Positions 27,355 through 37,513 of a stretch of DNA of 64,000 nt are shown here, one piece after another. The position numbers and the translations under genes were made by a program. Origin of the DNA: Candidatus Omnitrophota bacterium (GTDB taxonomy: Bacteria; Omnitrophota; Gorgyraeia; Zapsychrales; JANLHA01); the NCBI GenBank assembly GCA_022711395.1, contig JAKLFA010000002.1:3864-67863 (forward strand), given 5' to 3'. The notes under the pieces were generated by a model. The model was not told the DNA's origin. It saw nothing but the letters and a program-made list of their open reading frames with translations, and did not search any database. Numbering within the stretch: position 1 is the first letter of the stretch; each line of letters starts with the position of its first letter.

Positions 27355-28356
27355 ATGAATCAACACACTCAAACATGTTTTGAGACGTCTTATGATAAGA
27401 CATTAACGATCGTAATACCGGTTTTTAATGAGCAGGACGTCTTGCCTGAATTTTATCGAAGAATTTCAAATGTATTGAATTCTATAAGTATGTATTCAGA
27501 GATTCTCTTTATAAATGATGGAAGCTGGGATTCATCATTAAATGTTTTAAATCAGCTGAAGACTAATGATCAAAGAGTAGCTATTATTGATTTGAGCCGG
27601 AATTTTGGTAAGGAAATAGCGCTGACAGCGGGTCTCGATTATGCTGCTGGAGATATAGTTGTTGTTATTGATGCCGACTTGCAAGACCCGCCCGAACTCA
27701 TTCCAGATTTAATCAATGGAATAAAGTCCGGGTATGATGTTGTTTATGCACAAAGACATTCGAGGGCGGGAGAAACGTCTTTAAAGAAGTTTACCGCTGC
27801 GGTTTTTTATCGAATTATTCAAAAGTTAGGAAGAACAACTTTGCCTGCCGACACCGGAGACTTTAGGGCGCTTAGCCGAAGAGCGGTCAATGCATTAAAG
27901 GAGATACGGGAGCAACATCGCTTTATGAAGGGGCTATTTTCATGGATAGGATTTCCACAGAAGTCTATTGGGTATGAGAGAGATGCCAGATATGCTGGAA
28001 ATACAAAGTTTAATTATTGGAGGCTCTGGAATTTTTCATTGGAAGGTATTACGTCTCATTCTTCTGCGCCTTTAAAAGTAGCAACATATATCGGTTTTCT
28101 AATCGCGCTAGCGGCATTCTTGTATGCGATATTTGTTCTTGTAAAGACGCTATTATTTGGAGACCCTGTTAAAGGTTATCCATCTCTTGCAATCCTGATT
28201 TTATTCCTTGGAGGTGTGCAATTGATTTTTATTGGAATGATCGGAGAATATTTGGGAAGAACTTATAACGAAAGCAAGCGCAGGCCGCTTTATTTTATCA
28301 ACAAATTTTATTCTTCTTCATTATTTAATAAGGTTCAAGCTGAAAAGCATTCTTAA
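27355..28356 (+). CDS. glycosyltransferase family 2, polyprenyl-phosphate glycosyltransferase (GtrB/ArnC-like)
   Basis: LTIVIPVFNE, DGSWDSS, VVVIDADLQD and two C-terminal TM helices. Confidence 0.85.
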   Translation: MNQHTQTCFETSYDKTLTIVIPVFNEQDVLPEFYRRISNVLNSISMYSEILFINDGSWDSSLNVLNQLKTNDQRVAIIDLSRNFGKEIALTAGLDYAAGDIVVVIDADLQDPPELIPDLINGIKSGYDVVYAQRHSRAGETSLKKFTAAVFYRIIQKLGRTTLPADTGDFRALSRRAVNALKEIREQHRFMKGLFSWIGFPQKSIGYERDARYAGNTKFNYWRLWNFSLEGITSHSSAPLKVATYIGFLIALAAFLYAIFVLVKTLLFGDPVKGYPSLAILILFLGGVQLIFIGMIGEYLGRTYNESKRRPLYFINKFYSSSLFNKVQAEKHS

Positions 28357-28444
28357 GTCCATATACCGTTTGGCTTATGATGATGTTTATTTTTTGTGGA
28401 TAAAGAAGTTGGATTGGGAATCATTCTAAATAGAAAGGGAAGCG

Positions 28445-30046
28445 ATGAAATGGCGCGTAAGAACGAATTATGATTTTTTGATAGTGTCTTTTTTTGTCAT
28501 TTTATTATTTTTTATTTTGTTGCCAAGCATATTTAACGCGCCCTCTCCTGATTCGGGTACTTTTTTATATATGGGGCAGCAGATTCTGGATGGCGCTGTC
28601 TTATATCGCGATCTTTGGGATCATAAACCTCCGATGGTCTACTTTATAAATGCTTTGGGCCTTCTAATAGGTCGAGGGAGCCTTCAGGGCGTTGTGTTCT
28701 TAGAGTTCATGATGATATCTGCTTCTTTGTATTTCGTTTTTTATATTCTAAAAAAATGTTTTAATAGGCTGTCCGCCATTTGTGGCTTATTTGTTTTCTT
28801 AATTGAATATATAACGTATTTTGAAGGCGGAAATTTTACTGAAGAATATGCCCTATTTTTTCAATTTTTTATTTTATACCTTTTTTTAAAGCATAAAAAA
28901 GATCAATATGTTGGATGGCGGGGATACTGCATGGGTTTGTTTATTGGTTTTTGTTTTCTGCTTCGACAGAATTTGATAGGCATTGGTCTGGGCATTGGAA
29001 TATATTTGATGGTTAAAAACATCATTTATAAAAGATGGAACCTTTTGTTTTTTGATGTTGTCAATTTGATATTAGGCTCTGTGACGATATTGGCGCTGAC
29101 CCTTTTTTATTTTTATATCAATGCTTCTATAAAAGGCTTTTTTGATACGGCATTTATGTACAATTTTCTTTACACTTCTTCTTCAGCGATAACAAAAATC
29201 CGTACCGCCATGGCTGGATGCTTTAATTATATCTGGATGCCATATGTGTTTGCTGGATGGATTGCGGGGATTTATTATTTGACGAAAAAAATCGAAATTT
29301 TAAACAATTCTGTCGCTTTGCTTTTTGTTGGCGTAATCAGCTTTCCGATTGAAATTTTTTTCTGCAGTCTACAGCCGATACGATATGGCCATTATTATAT
29401 GGCGTGGATACCTGTAACCACTATTTTGGTAGGTTTTTTAGCTTTTATTTTAATAAAATTTTCTGAGGAGGCGACACGACAGAAAAATGCGACCGGACCG
29501 TTCAAAGATTCTCATCAGTTTCAAGCAGTGGTGATTATTCTATTGATGTTGATTGGTTTGGATAAGTCGACAGTGCTTATAAAAGAGTTGCTTTATAAAT
29601 ATAGGCATTTGGGAACTAATTCGAAACAAATTGTTGATTACATCCGGCAAACAACCTCAGAAGACGAATATGTGTTAATGTGGGGAAATGAAAGCTTTGC
29701 GTATTTTTTAAGTAAAAGAAAATCGCCTTCACGCTATTTTTTTCAATACGCTTTATTTACTGAGAAGTATTCAGATGGTGCCAGGGCGAATGAATTTATT
29801 GAAGATATCAAGGAGCATGCTCCAGTGTTGATTATCGACACACACAATTATAAAACACCACCAATTGATCCAACTGAAAGACATCAGTGGTTTTTGGAAA
29901 ATGATGTTGATGGCTCTTTGCAACGGTTGTCCCAAATGTTGAATCCGTTTTACGATTATGTCATAAAAAATTATAGAGTGGCCGGTGTGGTAGATGGCTG
30001 GACTGTTTATCAACTTATAAAAAGAACGAATCATGAAAATCATTAA
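28445..30046 (+). CDS. polytopic membrane protein, probable GT-C fold glycosyltransferase (ArnT/PMT-like) partner of the GtrB-like GT2
   Basis: >10 predicted TM helices, early loop YRDLWDHKPPMVYF, large C-terminal soluble domain. Synteny with the GtrB-like gene. Confidence 0.55.
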   Translation: MKWRVRTNYDFLIVSFFVILLFFILLPSIFNAPSPDSGTFLYMGQQILDGAVLYRDLWDHKPPMVYFINALGLLIGRGSLQGVVFLEFMMISASLYFVFYILKKCFNRLSAICGLFVFLIEYITYFEGGNFTEEYALFFQFFILYLFLKHKKDQYVGWRGYCMGLFIGFCFLLRQNLIGIGLGIGIYLMVKNIIYKRWNLLFFDVVNLILGSVTILALTLFYFYINASIKGFFDTAFMYNFLYTSSSAITKIRTAMAGCFNYIWMPYVFAGWIAGIYYLTKKIEILNNSVALLFVGVISFPIEIFFCSLQPIRYGHYYMAWIPVTTILVGFLAFILIKFSEEATRQKNATGPFKDSHQFQAVVIILLMLIGLDKSTVLIKELLYKYRHLGTNSKQIVDYIRQTTSEDEYVLMWGNESFAYFLSKRKSPSRYFFQYALFTEKYSDGARANEFIEDIKEHAPVLIIDTHNYKTPPIDPTERHQWFLENDVDGSLQRLSQMLNPFYDYVIKNYRVAGVVDGWTVYQLIKRTNHENH

Positions 30047-30269
30047 AGGGATTGTTTTGAGCAGTTAATGGGAGGTGTCCATTTTTGATTTTGAAAAATT
30101 TAGCCCAGGATAAAAGTTAACAGGCGTGATTCGTTATATGATGGCCAATTCGTTTTTGTTTGGGAATGAAACGTACGAAAAAAAGTTGAGTTCATGGATA
30201 AGGGAACACCATCAGGATTGGATGGGGCTGGCAAGATCGCTAAAACTGTTGAGTCGCATTTAGAGTTTT

Positions 30270-30390
30270 TTAAAGTCCAAATTGGTGGAATTCCATAAGG
30301 GCGAGACCGATCCGGAAGTGATTTTGAAGAAGGGGAAATTATTAAACCAAGTTTTAATTGATAAAGGACTTGCAGTGAAAGTGGAGTAAG
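30270..30390 (+). pseudogene. SNase-type nuclease 3' gene fragment (second orphan copy)
   Basis: Encodes ...KGETDPEVILKKGKLLNQVLIDKGLAVKVE*, homologous to the C-terminus of the 26171 gene, with no upstream SNase-like catalytic region. Confidence 0.5.
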
Positions 30391-30400
30391 GTTCTTTGAA

Positions 30401-31258
30401 ATGACAGAATATATTGAAGATATCAATAATGTTTCCGGTTTCACAAAAGTAAAGTGGTTTATCAAGCGCTTATTGCGGCCGATCTTCCTGATGTTTTATA
30501 TTCCTTGGCTGAGATGGGAGACCTTTGTTTATAATGTCCGATGCCGTAAGGGGGCGGATACTGCCCATCAGGGCCGGAAGAAAAATTTATATTTCACAAA
30601 GGCCAGCGCTAAGCATAAACATCTTGTCGCAAAGGTTATTGAGAAATTTGGGCATGAAGATTTTGACTATATTATTGTTGTTTGGGATGGGTCCCGCTTT
30701 GAAGAAGACATTTTTAAGCGCTGCAGGATTATTTATGAGGGCGGTTTGAATTTTAAGTTTATCAAAAAGTATCTTACACCGGATGTGGTTGAACAATACA
30801 GATACCTTTTTTTCTGGGATGACGATATTGATATCGGAACATTTGATTGTAAGAATTTTTTAGACATATTTGAGCGGAATAATTTGCAGCTGGCACAGCC
30901 CTCGTTGACGCCGGAATCATATTTTACATTCCAGCTGACATTGAAAAATCCGAATCAGCGAGTCGGCCGGTATACTGATTTTGTAGAAGTGATGGTGCCG
31001 GTGATGCCCAGCGATTATTGGAAAAGGTACTGGGAAATGATAGAAGAAAGTTATAATCATTGGGGTATGGGATATGATTCATATGTAAGGTCTGTTTGTA
31101 AATTAAAGAATATGGGAATTGTTGATCAGGAGTCCGTGACCCATGTCAAGCCTGTTGTCGGCGAGACACCCGAACGCAGGGGCGGATATGAACGGCTTAA
31201 GCATAAATTTAACCGATATATGCTGGCAAAAATCGTTTCGTATGGAAGCCTGCGATAG
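30401..31258 (+). CDS. hypothetical protein, possibly nucleotide-diphospho-sugar transferase-like
   Basis: DxD-containing FWDDDIDIG region; no confident family. Confidence 0.3.
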   Translation: MTEYIEDINNVSGFTKVKWFIKRLLRPIFLMFYIPWLRWETFVYNVRCRKGADTAHQGRKKNLYFTKASAKHKHLVAKVIEKFGHEDFDYIIVVWDGSRFEEDIFKRCRIIYEGGLNFKFIKKYLTPDVVEQYRYLFFWDDDIDIGTFDCKNFLDIFERNNLQLAQPSLTPESYFTFQLTLKNPNQRVGRYTDFVEVMVPVMPSDYWKRYWEMIEESYNHWGMGYDSYVRSVCKLKNMGIVDQESVTHVKPVVGETPERRGGYERLKHKFNRYMLAKIVSYGSLR

Positions 31259-31266
31259 GAGGGGAT

Positions 31267-31971
31267 ATGGAAGTTTTGGTTAAAAAATTAAGAGAAATGT
31301 TTCCGACGTTACTTCGTTATAAAGAAACCGAGCGGATCGTTGAGACGTTTAGGAGGGTCATTCAAAATAAGGGCAGTTCGATTCTTGAGGTTGGCTGTGG
31401 GTATGGGGTCAATTTGCAGGCTCTCAAGAAAGCGGGATTCAGCAATCTGATTGGTGTAGACATCAACAAACACATTGTTGATAGCGTGAAGTCATTGGGA
31501 CTTGAATGTATTCATGCCGAAGACTTTGATAAGAGTAAACAATATGATGCAATCCTTATGTCGCATATTATCGAGCATTTTATGCCGGATGACCTTTTAC
31601 CATTTATGGATTCTTATTTGGATGCGCTCAAGCCCAGCGGGCATCTTGTCATCGTGACCCCGCTGATGTGGCACGGGTTTTATTATGATTTTGACCATGT
31701 TAAATCATACTCTCCGAGAGGTTTGTTATACGTGTTTGGAATCAATAATGAACAGGTCCAATATTACAGCAGAAATAAGCTGATCATGGAAGGCTTGCCT
31801 TATATTGGGAAGACCCCGTATCAGATCGCCTGGTATAAAAGTTTTCTTTTAAGGTCTAAAAATATTTTTGAGCGGGCTTTTCAGTTTGTTCTGAATGTTT
31901 TGTTTTTTGTGAGTAAGGGATATATCGGGCAGGCAAATTGGTGGATGGGCGTGTTTAAAAAAATAAGCTGA
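31267..31971 (+). CDS. class I SAM-dependent methyltransferase
   Basis: ILEVGCGYGVNL motif I. Confidence 0.75.
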   Translation: MEVLVKKLREMFPTLLRYKETERIVETFRRVIQNKGSSILEVGCGYGVNLQALKKAGFSNLIGVDINKHIVDSVKSLGLECIHAEDFDKSKQYDAILMSHIIEHFMPDDLLPFMDSYLDALKPSGHLVIVTPLMWHGFYYDFDHVKSYSPRGLLYVFGINNEQVQYYSRNKLIMEGLPYIGKTPYQIAWYKSFLLRSKNIFERAFQFVLNVLFFVSKGYIGQANWWMGVFKKIS

Positions 31972-32069
31972 ACTAGATGATCATTGGGGGAAAGCAGTCA
32001 GAACTGATTTGCTTTACAACTTAAAATATCAATTTTAAGTTTCAAATGGCGTTAAGAGGTGGTCTGTAT

Positions 32070-33281
32070 ATGAGTAAAAAAAGTAAAGTTTTGTATATAG
32101 ATTTTGGTCCTGGTTTCGGGGGATCGGTGGTTAATTTATCACAACTACTTACAGTTTCTGATGAATTAAACGTAGAGCCCTATTTACTAATTGATCATGA
32201 CGATCAAAAATCTAAAGAAATTTTACAGCCTTTTACGAAGGACTTCTACTATGTTAAGAGAGGTTTTAACTTTAAATTTGGCGATAAATTTATTTTTGAA
32301 TCCAAGGTGCCATGGCTGAAGAAGGTTCTAATTTTATTTAAACTCATAATACAAATTTTTCTTAATATTCCATTTTATGTTAAGAGTATTCGCTTCGGGC
32401 TGAAAATAAAGCCGGACTTTATATATTGCAACAACATAGTTTCAATCGATGAAGTGATTATCTCATGGTTTTTAAAATCGAAAGTTATATGTCATGCGCA
32501 AAGAGATTTTTATAATTCAAGCATAACACGCTTGGCCTTTGGATTTGTAGATCAATTTGTGGCGATTTCACAGTATGTTAAACGAAATTTACTTCAGGCA
32601 GGAGTTAAAGAAGAGAAAATAGTTGTTATTTATAACGGAGTTAGCATCAAAGATGCGGATAAAATGGTTTTTCAAGATTTCGATCACGTGAAAGAAAAAT
32701 TTAACTTTAATGGTTTGAAGGTGGGGCTTTTTGGTTGTCTTTTAAAATGGAAAGGACAGGATGTATTGATTGATGCTGTTAATATTTTTATGAGCAGAAA
32801 CCGCTCATCACCGGTTAAATTTTATATTATTGGTGATTCTCCTGGTGGGGACAACTCATATGAGAATTTTTTAAAGAATAAGGTGCGTGAGAATGGGTTG
32901 GCCGAATCCGTAGAATTTTCGGGTTATATTAAAAATGTGTTGTCGGTTATGAAGTTTATGGATGTTGTATTGCACACATCTATTAATCCAGAGCCTTTCG
33001 GGCGGGTTGTGATTGAAGCCATGTCGGTAGGGCGCCCTGTCATCGCGACAAACCGTGGGGGTCCAGTTGAGATTATTCAAAATGGAAAGACGGGATTGCT
33101 TATTGAACCAGGAAATCCAGAGGCTCTATGTGAGGCGTTAGAAAGTCTTTTATTTAACGAATCATATCGTTTGTATTTAGGAAGAAATGCTCAGGACAAT
33201 GTAAGATTGCGATTCAACTTTGAAATGTCTATATTGAGATTTAGAAAAATATTCACACTGGTGGAGCATGACAAAATCTAG
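32070..33281 (+). CDS. glycosyltransferase family 4
   Basis: EPFGRVVIEAMSVGRPVIATNRGGPVEIIQNGKTGLL (EX7E region). Confidence 0.8.
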   Translation: MSKKSKVLYIDFGPGFGGSVVNLSQLLTVSDELNVEPYLLIDHDDQKSKEILQPFTKDFYYVKRGFNFKFGDKFIFESKVPWLKKVLILFKLIIQIFLNIPFYVKSIRFGLKIKPDFIYCNNIVSIDEVIISWFLKSKVICHAQRDFYNSSITRLAFGFVDQFVAISQYVKRNLLQAGVKEEKIVVIYNGVSIKDADKMVFQDFDHVKEKFNFNGLKVGLFGCLLKWKGQDVLIDAVNIFMSRNRSSPVKFYIIGDSPGGDNSYENFLKNKVRENGLAESVEFSGYIKNVLSVMKFMDVVLHTSINPEPFGRVVIEAMSVGRPVIATNRGGPVEIIQNGKTGLLIEPGNPEALCEALESLLFNESYRLYLGRNAQDNVRLRFNFEMSILRFRKIFTLVEHDKI

Positions 33282-34779
33282 ATTGTTAGTAGCCGGGTCC
33301 CTTTTGGGGATTATTAATTTTTTTGCCACGACCTTGGTGTCGTTGTTTATGATGCCGTTTTTGATCCGTATTTTGGGTGATCGGATGTATGGGTTGTGGC
33401 TGCTTTTCGGTTCATACTTTGGCTTTTACGGTCTTTTGGATTTAGGGTTAGGGACGGCTGTTCAGCGCTATGTGTCGCGTGCCATCGGGCAGGATGACTA
33501 TGAGGAGGCAAACAGGGTCTTTAACAGTTCGCTCATAGTATTTAGCCTGATCGGATTGGTCGCCATTGTGCTCTCTTTGGGGATCGCGATTTTAGGCCCA
33601 CTCTGGTTCAAAGATCCTTTTGAGCTGAGACTGTTTCGCATTATTATCATGATGACGGGGTTCGGTCTGGCACTTAGCTTTCCGATGCGGTCATTCTGGG
33701 CACTGTTTTCCAGCCATTTGCGCTATGACTTGAGCATTTATATTGATTTGGCTAAGCTGGCAGTCCGCACAGCGCTGATCGTTTTTTTCTTAAGCCGTGG
33801 AGGTGGACTGCTGACATTTGCAGTGATCATGTTTTTGACGGACGTGGCTGTTTATGGGGTCAATGCGTTTGTTTCACTCAAAGTTGCACCGTATATACGG
33901 TTCAGGAAACACTATATTCAGTTCAGTCAAATCAGGCATTTGTTTGGATACAGCATTTATTCATTTATTTTGCAGGTGTCAGGAAACATAAAATTCAATA
34001 TCGATAATTTTGTGATAGCAGGATTTGTGGGCCTTAGTTCGGTAACTTTATACTCGGTGGCATCCCGGCTGATCGGCTATTATATGCAGTTTTTGAATAA
34101 TGCGGTCGGGATCGTGACTCCGGTCTTCAGCCAGTATGAGGGTCAGAATAATTATGAAGCGATCCGGGAGAAGCTCTTTTTTATGACCAAAATCAGTGGT
34201 TATATCGCTTGCCTGATCGGGTCTTTGCTTGTAATTTTTGGCAGGGCCTTTATTGAGCGATGGGTGGGCTCGGAATATTCTTCGGCCTATAATATTATAA
34301 TGGTTCTTTTAGCTCCGATTTTGCTGTCACTTATTCAGGCGCCATCGACTCAGGTTTTGTATGGCATATCAAAACATAAATTTTTGGCGATCGCCGGCCT
34401 GGTTGAAGCGTTGTGCAATTTAACTTTGAGTCTGATTTTTGTGCGTTATTACGGTGTCATAGGAGTGGCACTTGGCACGGCGATTCCGCTCTTTATTTTT
34501 ACTGTTTTTATTAAGCCGGTATATTTATCGCGTGTTCTTAAGATTTCATTGTGGGATTATATAAGAGAGAATTTAAGGATTTTGATTGTGTCTTTTGCGG
34601 TTGTTTTTAGTATGTTGCTTGTACTAAACCGTTTTCTTGTGGCGGAATATTTAAGGATAGTGATCCTTGGGACTGTGTATAGCTTGATTTTTTGTTTGAT
34701 TGTATTTATTCTTGGATTTTCTAAAGAAGAACATAAATATCTGATAGGAATTGGTAAGAAAATTTTAAAGCTGTCATGA
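33268..34779 (+). CDS. polysaccharide flippase (Wzx / MOP superfamily)
   Basis: About 14 TM helices with MOP-type topology, in a polysaccharide locus. Confidence 0.8.
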   Translation: MTKSRLLVAGSLLGIINFFATTLVSLFMMPFLIRILGDRMYGLWLLFGSYFGFYGLLDLGLGTAVQRYVSRAIGQDDYEEANRVFNSSLIVFSLIGLVAIVLSLGIAILGPLWFKDPFELRLFRIIIMMTGFGLALSFPMRSFWALFSSHLRYDLSIYIDLAKLAVRTALIVFFLSRGGGLLTFAVIMFLTDVAVYGVNAFVSLKVAPYIRFRKHYIQFSQIRHLFGYSIYSFILQVSGNIKFNIDNFVIAGFVGLSSVTLYSVASRLIGYYMQFLNNAVGIVTPVFSQYEGQNNYEAIREKLFFMTKISGYIACLIGSLLVIFGRAFIERWVGSEYSSAYNIIMVLLAPILLSLIQAPSTQVLYGISKHKFLAIAGLVEALCNLTLSLIFVRYYGVIGVALGTAIPLFIFTVFIKPVYLSRVLKISLWDYIRENLRILIVSFAVVFSMLLVLNRFLVAEYLRIVILGTVYSLIFCLIVFILGFSKEEHKYLIGIGKKILKLS

Positions 34780-34831
34780 GGGCTTTATCGAATTTAGAAG
34801 AAACAATGTCGATATATATTAGAGGTTTTTT

Positions 34832-35311
34832 ATGAGTGATATCGTGATCGAAAAGGCACGGGAAGAAGACAAGGCTGATATTTTCAGGCTGCTTAAGATG
34901 GCTAATATGCATAATATTCCATCGCCTGAAATGCCCGAGCTGACGTATGAAAATTATTATGTAGCCAAGGTGGACGGCAAAGTCGTTGGTTTTTGCGGAT
35001 ATAAGATACTTTCTAAAACTGAGGCTAAGACCGAGTTAATGGTGGTTGATCCGGTTTGCCGGGGTCTTGGCATTGGCTATCGGCTTCAGGAGTATCGCAT
35101 GCGCGATATGTTTGCCAGAGGTATCAAGACGCTTACTACCAATACTGATCTGCCGGAAACGATCGCTTGGTATAAGAAGAATTTCGGATACCAGGAGGTG
35201 GGGGCGCTGAAAAAATTTCATGAATTTGGGGATCCCAATATTGACACATGGACAACATTGCAGGTTGATCTGGATAAGTGGCAAAAGACTCAAGAAAGGG
35301 GCCAGACATGA
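34832..35311 (+). CDS. GNAT family N-acetyltransferase
   Basis: VVDPVCRGLGIGYRL acetyl-CoA-binding motif. Confidence 0.8.
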   Translation: MSDIVIEKAREEDKADIFRLLKMANMHNIPSPEMPELTYENYYVAKVDGKVVGFCGYKILSKTEAKTELMVVDPVCRGLGIGYRLQEYRMRDMFARGIKTLTTNTDLPETIAWYKKNFGYQEVGALKKFHEFGDPNIDTWTTLQVDLDKWQKTQERGQT

Positions 35312-36201
35312 GCGAGACCTATGATATGGGAATTCCGCATCCTGCCACACCATACCCCAAGCTGATGATTAATGCTGCGATCACGGGTATGGTTCCTAAA
35401 AAGTCTGACACACCGCATATTCCGATCACTGTTGAGGAGATTGTTGAAGATTCTATTAAATGCTGTCGGGCTGGGGCTTCGATTATTCATCTTCACGCTA
35501 GGGATGAAAATGGGGAGCCGACGTATCAAAAAGAACTCTATGCTCGGATGATTAAAGCCATCCGGCAGGAATGCCCTGATTTGATCATTTGCGCGACCAC
35601 CAGCGGCAGGGTGCATAATACGTTGGAGAAAAGATCCGATGTTTTGGATCTGGAAGGGGAACTAAAGCCGGACATGGCCAGCTTAACAATGGGTTCTTTG
35701 AATTTTCCAAAGCAGGCCTCAGTAAATACCCCGGATATGATCCAAAGCCTTGCTTTGAAAATGAAAGAAAGGGGCATCATTCCTGAGATCGAAATTTTTG
35801 AGCTGGGGATGATCAATGCCGTTAAGGTGCTTATCAAAAATGGAATTCTCACTGCGCCTTTTTATGCCAATTTATTGCTTGGGTCATTGTATTCTGTTCC
35901 AGCCACAGTATCTGATCTGGGGCATATGGTCCAGAGCCTGCCTCAGGATGTCACATGGGCTGCTACGGGAATCGGGAAATTTCAGTTAAAAATTAATATA
36001 GCATCGGTCCTGATGGGAGGCCATGTCAGGGTCGGATTGGAAGACAACATTTTTTATGATAATGATAAACGAGTGCTGGCAACGAATGAGATGCTTATAC
36101 AGCGTGTTGTGCGGATAGCCTCTGAATTGGGCAGAGAAGTGGCGAGCCCTCAAGAAGCACGAGAGATTTTAGGGTTTACTAGGAGAGCCAAATACGAATG
36201 A
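35308..36201 (+). CDS. 3-keto-5-aminohexanoate cleavage enzyme family (BKACE/DUF849) protein
   Basis: KLMINAAITGMVP...IHLHARDENGEPT pattern typical of BKACE. ATG 35308 after AAAGGGG. Confidence 0.65.
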   Translation: MSETYDMGIPHPATPYPKLMINAAITGMVPKKSDTPHIPITVEEIVEDSIKCCRAGASIIHLHARDENGEPTYQKELYARMIKAIRQECPDLIICATTSGRVHNTLEKRSDVLDLEGELKPDMASLTMGSLNFPKQASVNTPDMIQSLALKMKERGIIPEIEIFELGMINAVKVLIKNGILTAPFYANLLLGSLYSVPATVSDLGHMVQSLPQDVTWAATGIGKFQLKINIASVLMGGHVRVGLEDNIFYDNDKRVLATNEMLIQRVVRIASELGREVASPQEAREILGFTRRAKYE

Positions 36202-36208
36202 AAGCAAT

Positions 36209-37513
36209 ATGAAAAAAGCAATAATCATTCAACGTATGCGCGTGGAGAAAGAGGAGGGATTCTTTAAGACAAGGGTTGTTTTTGATCTAAAGGTTCCTAA
36301 GCAGGTTGGATTATCTTCAAACACGTTAATATTTGAATATGATATTGATGATGTTAAGGCAAATGGTGATGCGGCAATTTTTTCGTTGCTTCCTGTTGCC
36401 TTTTGGACAAATGTTGATATTGTGATCGGAGATGCAATTTCCAGGAGTCCTTTTCTACAGAAAAATGTTGGCAAAATTTGTGCAGTCTGGAACAAATTGT
36501 TTGATTATAAAAGGGAAGTAAACATTGCGGGCGGACGATTGTTCGAATCTGGACGAACCCCAAGTTTAAAAAGCGGGTTGCTTTTTTCAGGGGGTGTTGA
36601 CTCTTTGGCTTCATATATTGACAAGTCATCAGAGATTGAATATCTGCTTTTTTGTTTTGGTGCTGATATTTTTGATTTTAATAAGTTCAATGAAGTCAAA
36701 AAAAGAATTGATGATTTGAACATGGTTCTAAACAAAAAAACACTTTTTTACAGCACAAATATTCGAAGAATAACCGATGTTCCTTGGGGACAAATTCTTC
36801 ATGCATGCGCGTTGCTTGGGCCGGCTTTAGTTTTTTCGGCGCGGATTCAGAAAATTATAATTTCATCGACTGATTTTCAAGATATTGCGGAGAATCACGC
36901 GTGGGGATCTTCTCCATTGACCGATAAATATATTTCATCTTCAAATATTTCAGTCGAGCATTATGGAACTCATTTGTCACGTCTTGAAAAGATTAAGAAA
37001 ATTTCACATTATCCTGCTTACCTGGGGATTTGTCGGGTTTGTTATCAGGAATCAAAACAATATAATTGCGGTTTTTGTGAAAAATGTTTGCGAACAATGG
37101 TAACGCTGATTTTGCTAAGAATACCAGCGAATCAAGTTCCTTTTCCTTCGGATGCTTATTCATTGGATCATATTTTAAGCTGTATGAGCAGGTTGAAAAA
37201 GTGTAAGCCAGGGGCCTTGGCTTACTGGGTGGAAATTTTAGAGGACGTAAAAAACAAAAAGTTTGACCTCTCTGATCAAGAAAGATTGTTAATAGAGCAA
37301 AAATTATCTGATTTTTTAGGGGATTTTTATTATGAGTATCAGGAGCGTCATAATAATTTAAAATTTTATAAAAAATTTTTGAATAGGACAAAAACGAGAA
37401 GACTGGAAGCTTTTTTTCATCTCCCTGCCGACAGTTTGCAGTTTTTAAATTTATGGGAGCGTTTTTTAAGGGCCAAGTATTATTATTTAAAGAATAAAAT
37501 TCGAAGGGCGTAA
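36209..37513 (+). CDS. PP-loop ATP pyrophosphatase superfamily protein (QueC/asparagine-synthetase-like) with C-terminal Cys cluster
   Basis: SGGVDS PP-loop (LLFSGGVDSLAS). CRVCYQESKQYNCGFCEKC Cys4 cluster. Confidence 0.5.
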   Translation: MKKAIIIQRMRVEKEEGFFKTRVVFDLKVPKQVGLSSNTLIFEYDIDDVKANGDAAIFSLLPVAFWTNVDIVIGDAISRSPFLQKNVGKICAVWNKLFDYKREVNIAGGRLFESGRTPSLKSGLLFSGGVDSLASYIDKSSEIEYLLFCFGADIFDFNKFNEVKKRIDDLNMVLNKKTLFYSTNIRRITDVPWGQILHACALLGPALVFSARIQKIIISSTDFQDIAENHAWGSSPLTDKYISSSNISVEHYGTHLSRLEKIKKISHYPAYLGICRVCYQESKQYNCGFCEKCLRTMVTLILLRIPANQVPFPSDAYSLDHILSCMSRLKKCKPGALAYWVEILEDVKNKKFDLSDQERLLIEQKLSDFLGDFYYEYQERHNNLKFYKKFLNRTKTRRLEAFFHLPADSLQFLNLWERFLRAKYYYLKNKIRRA

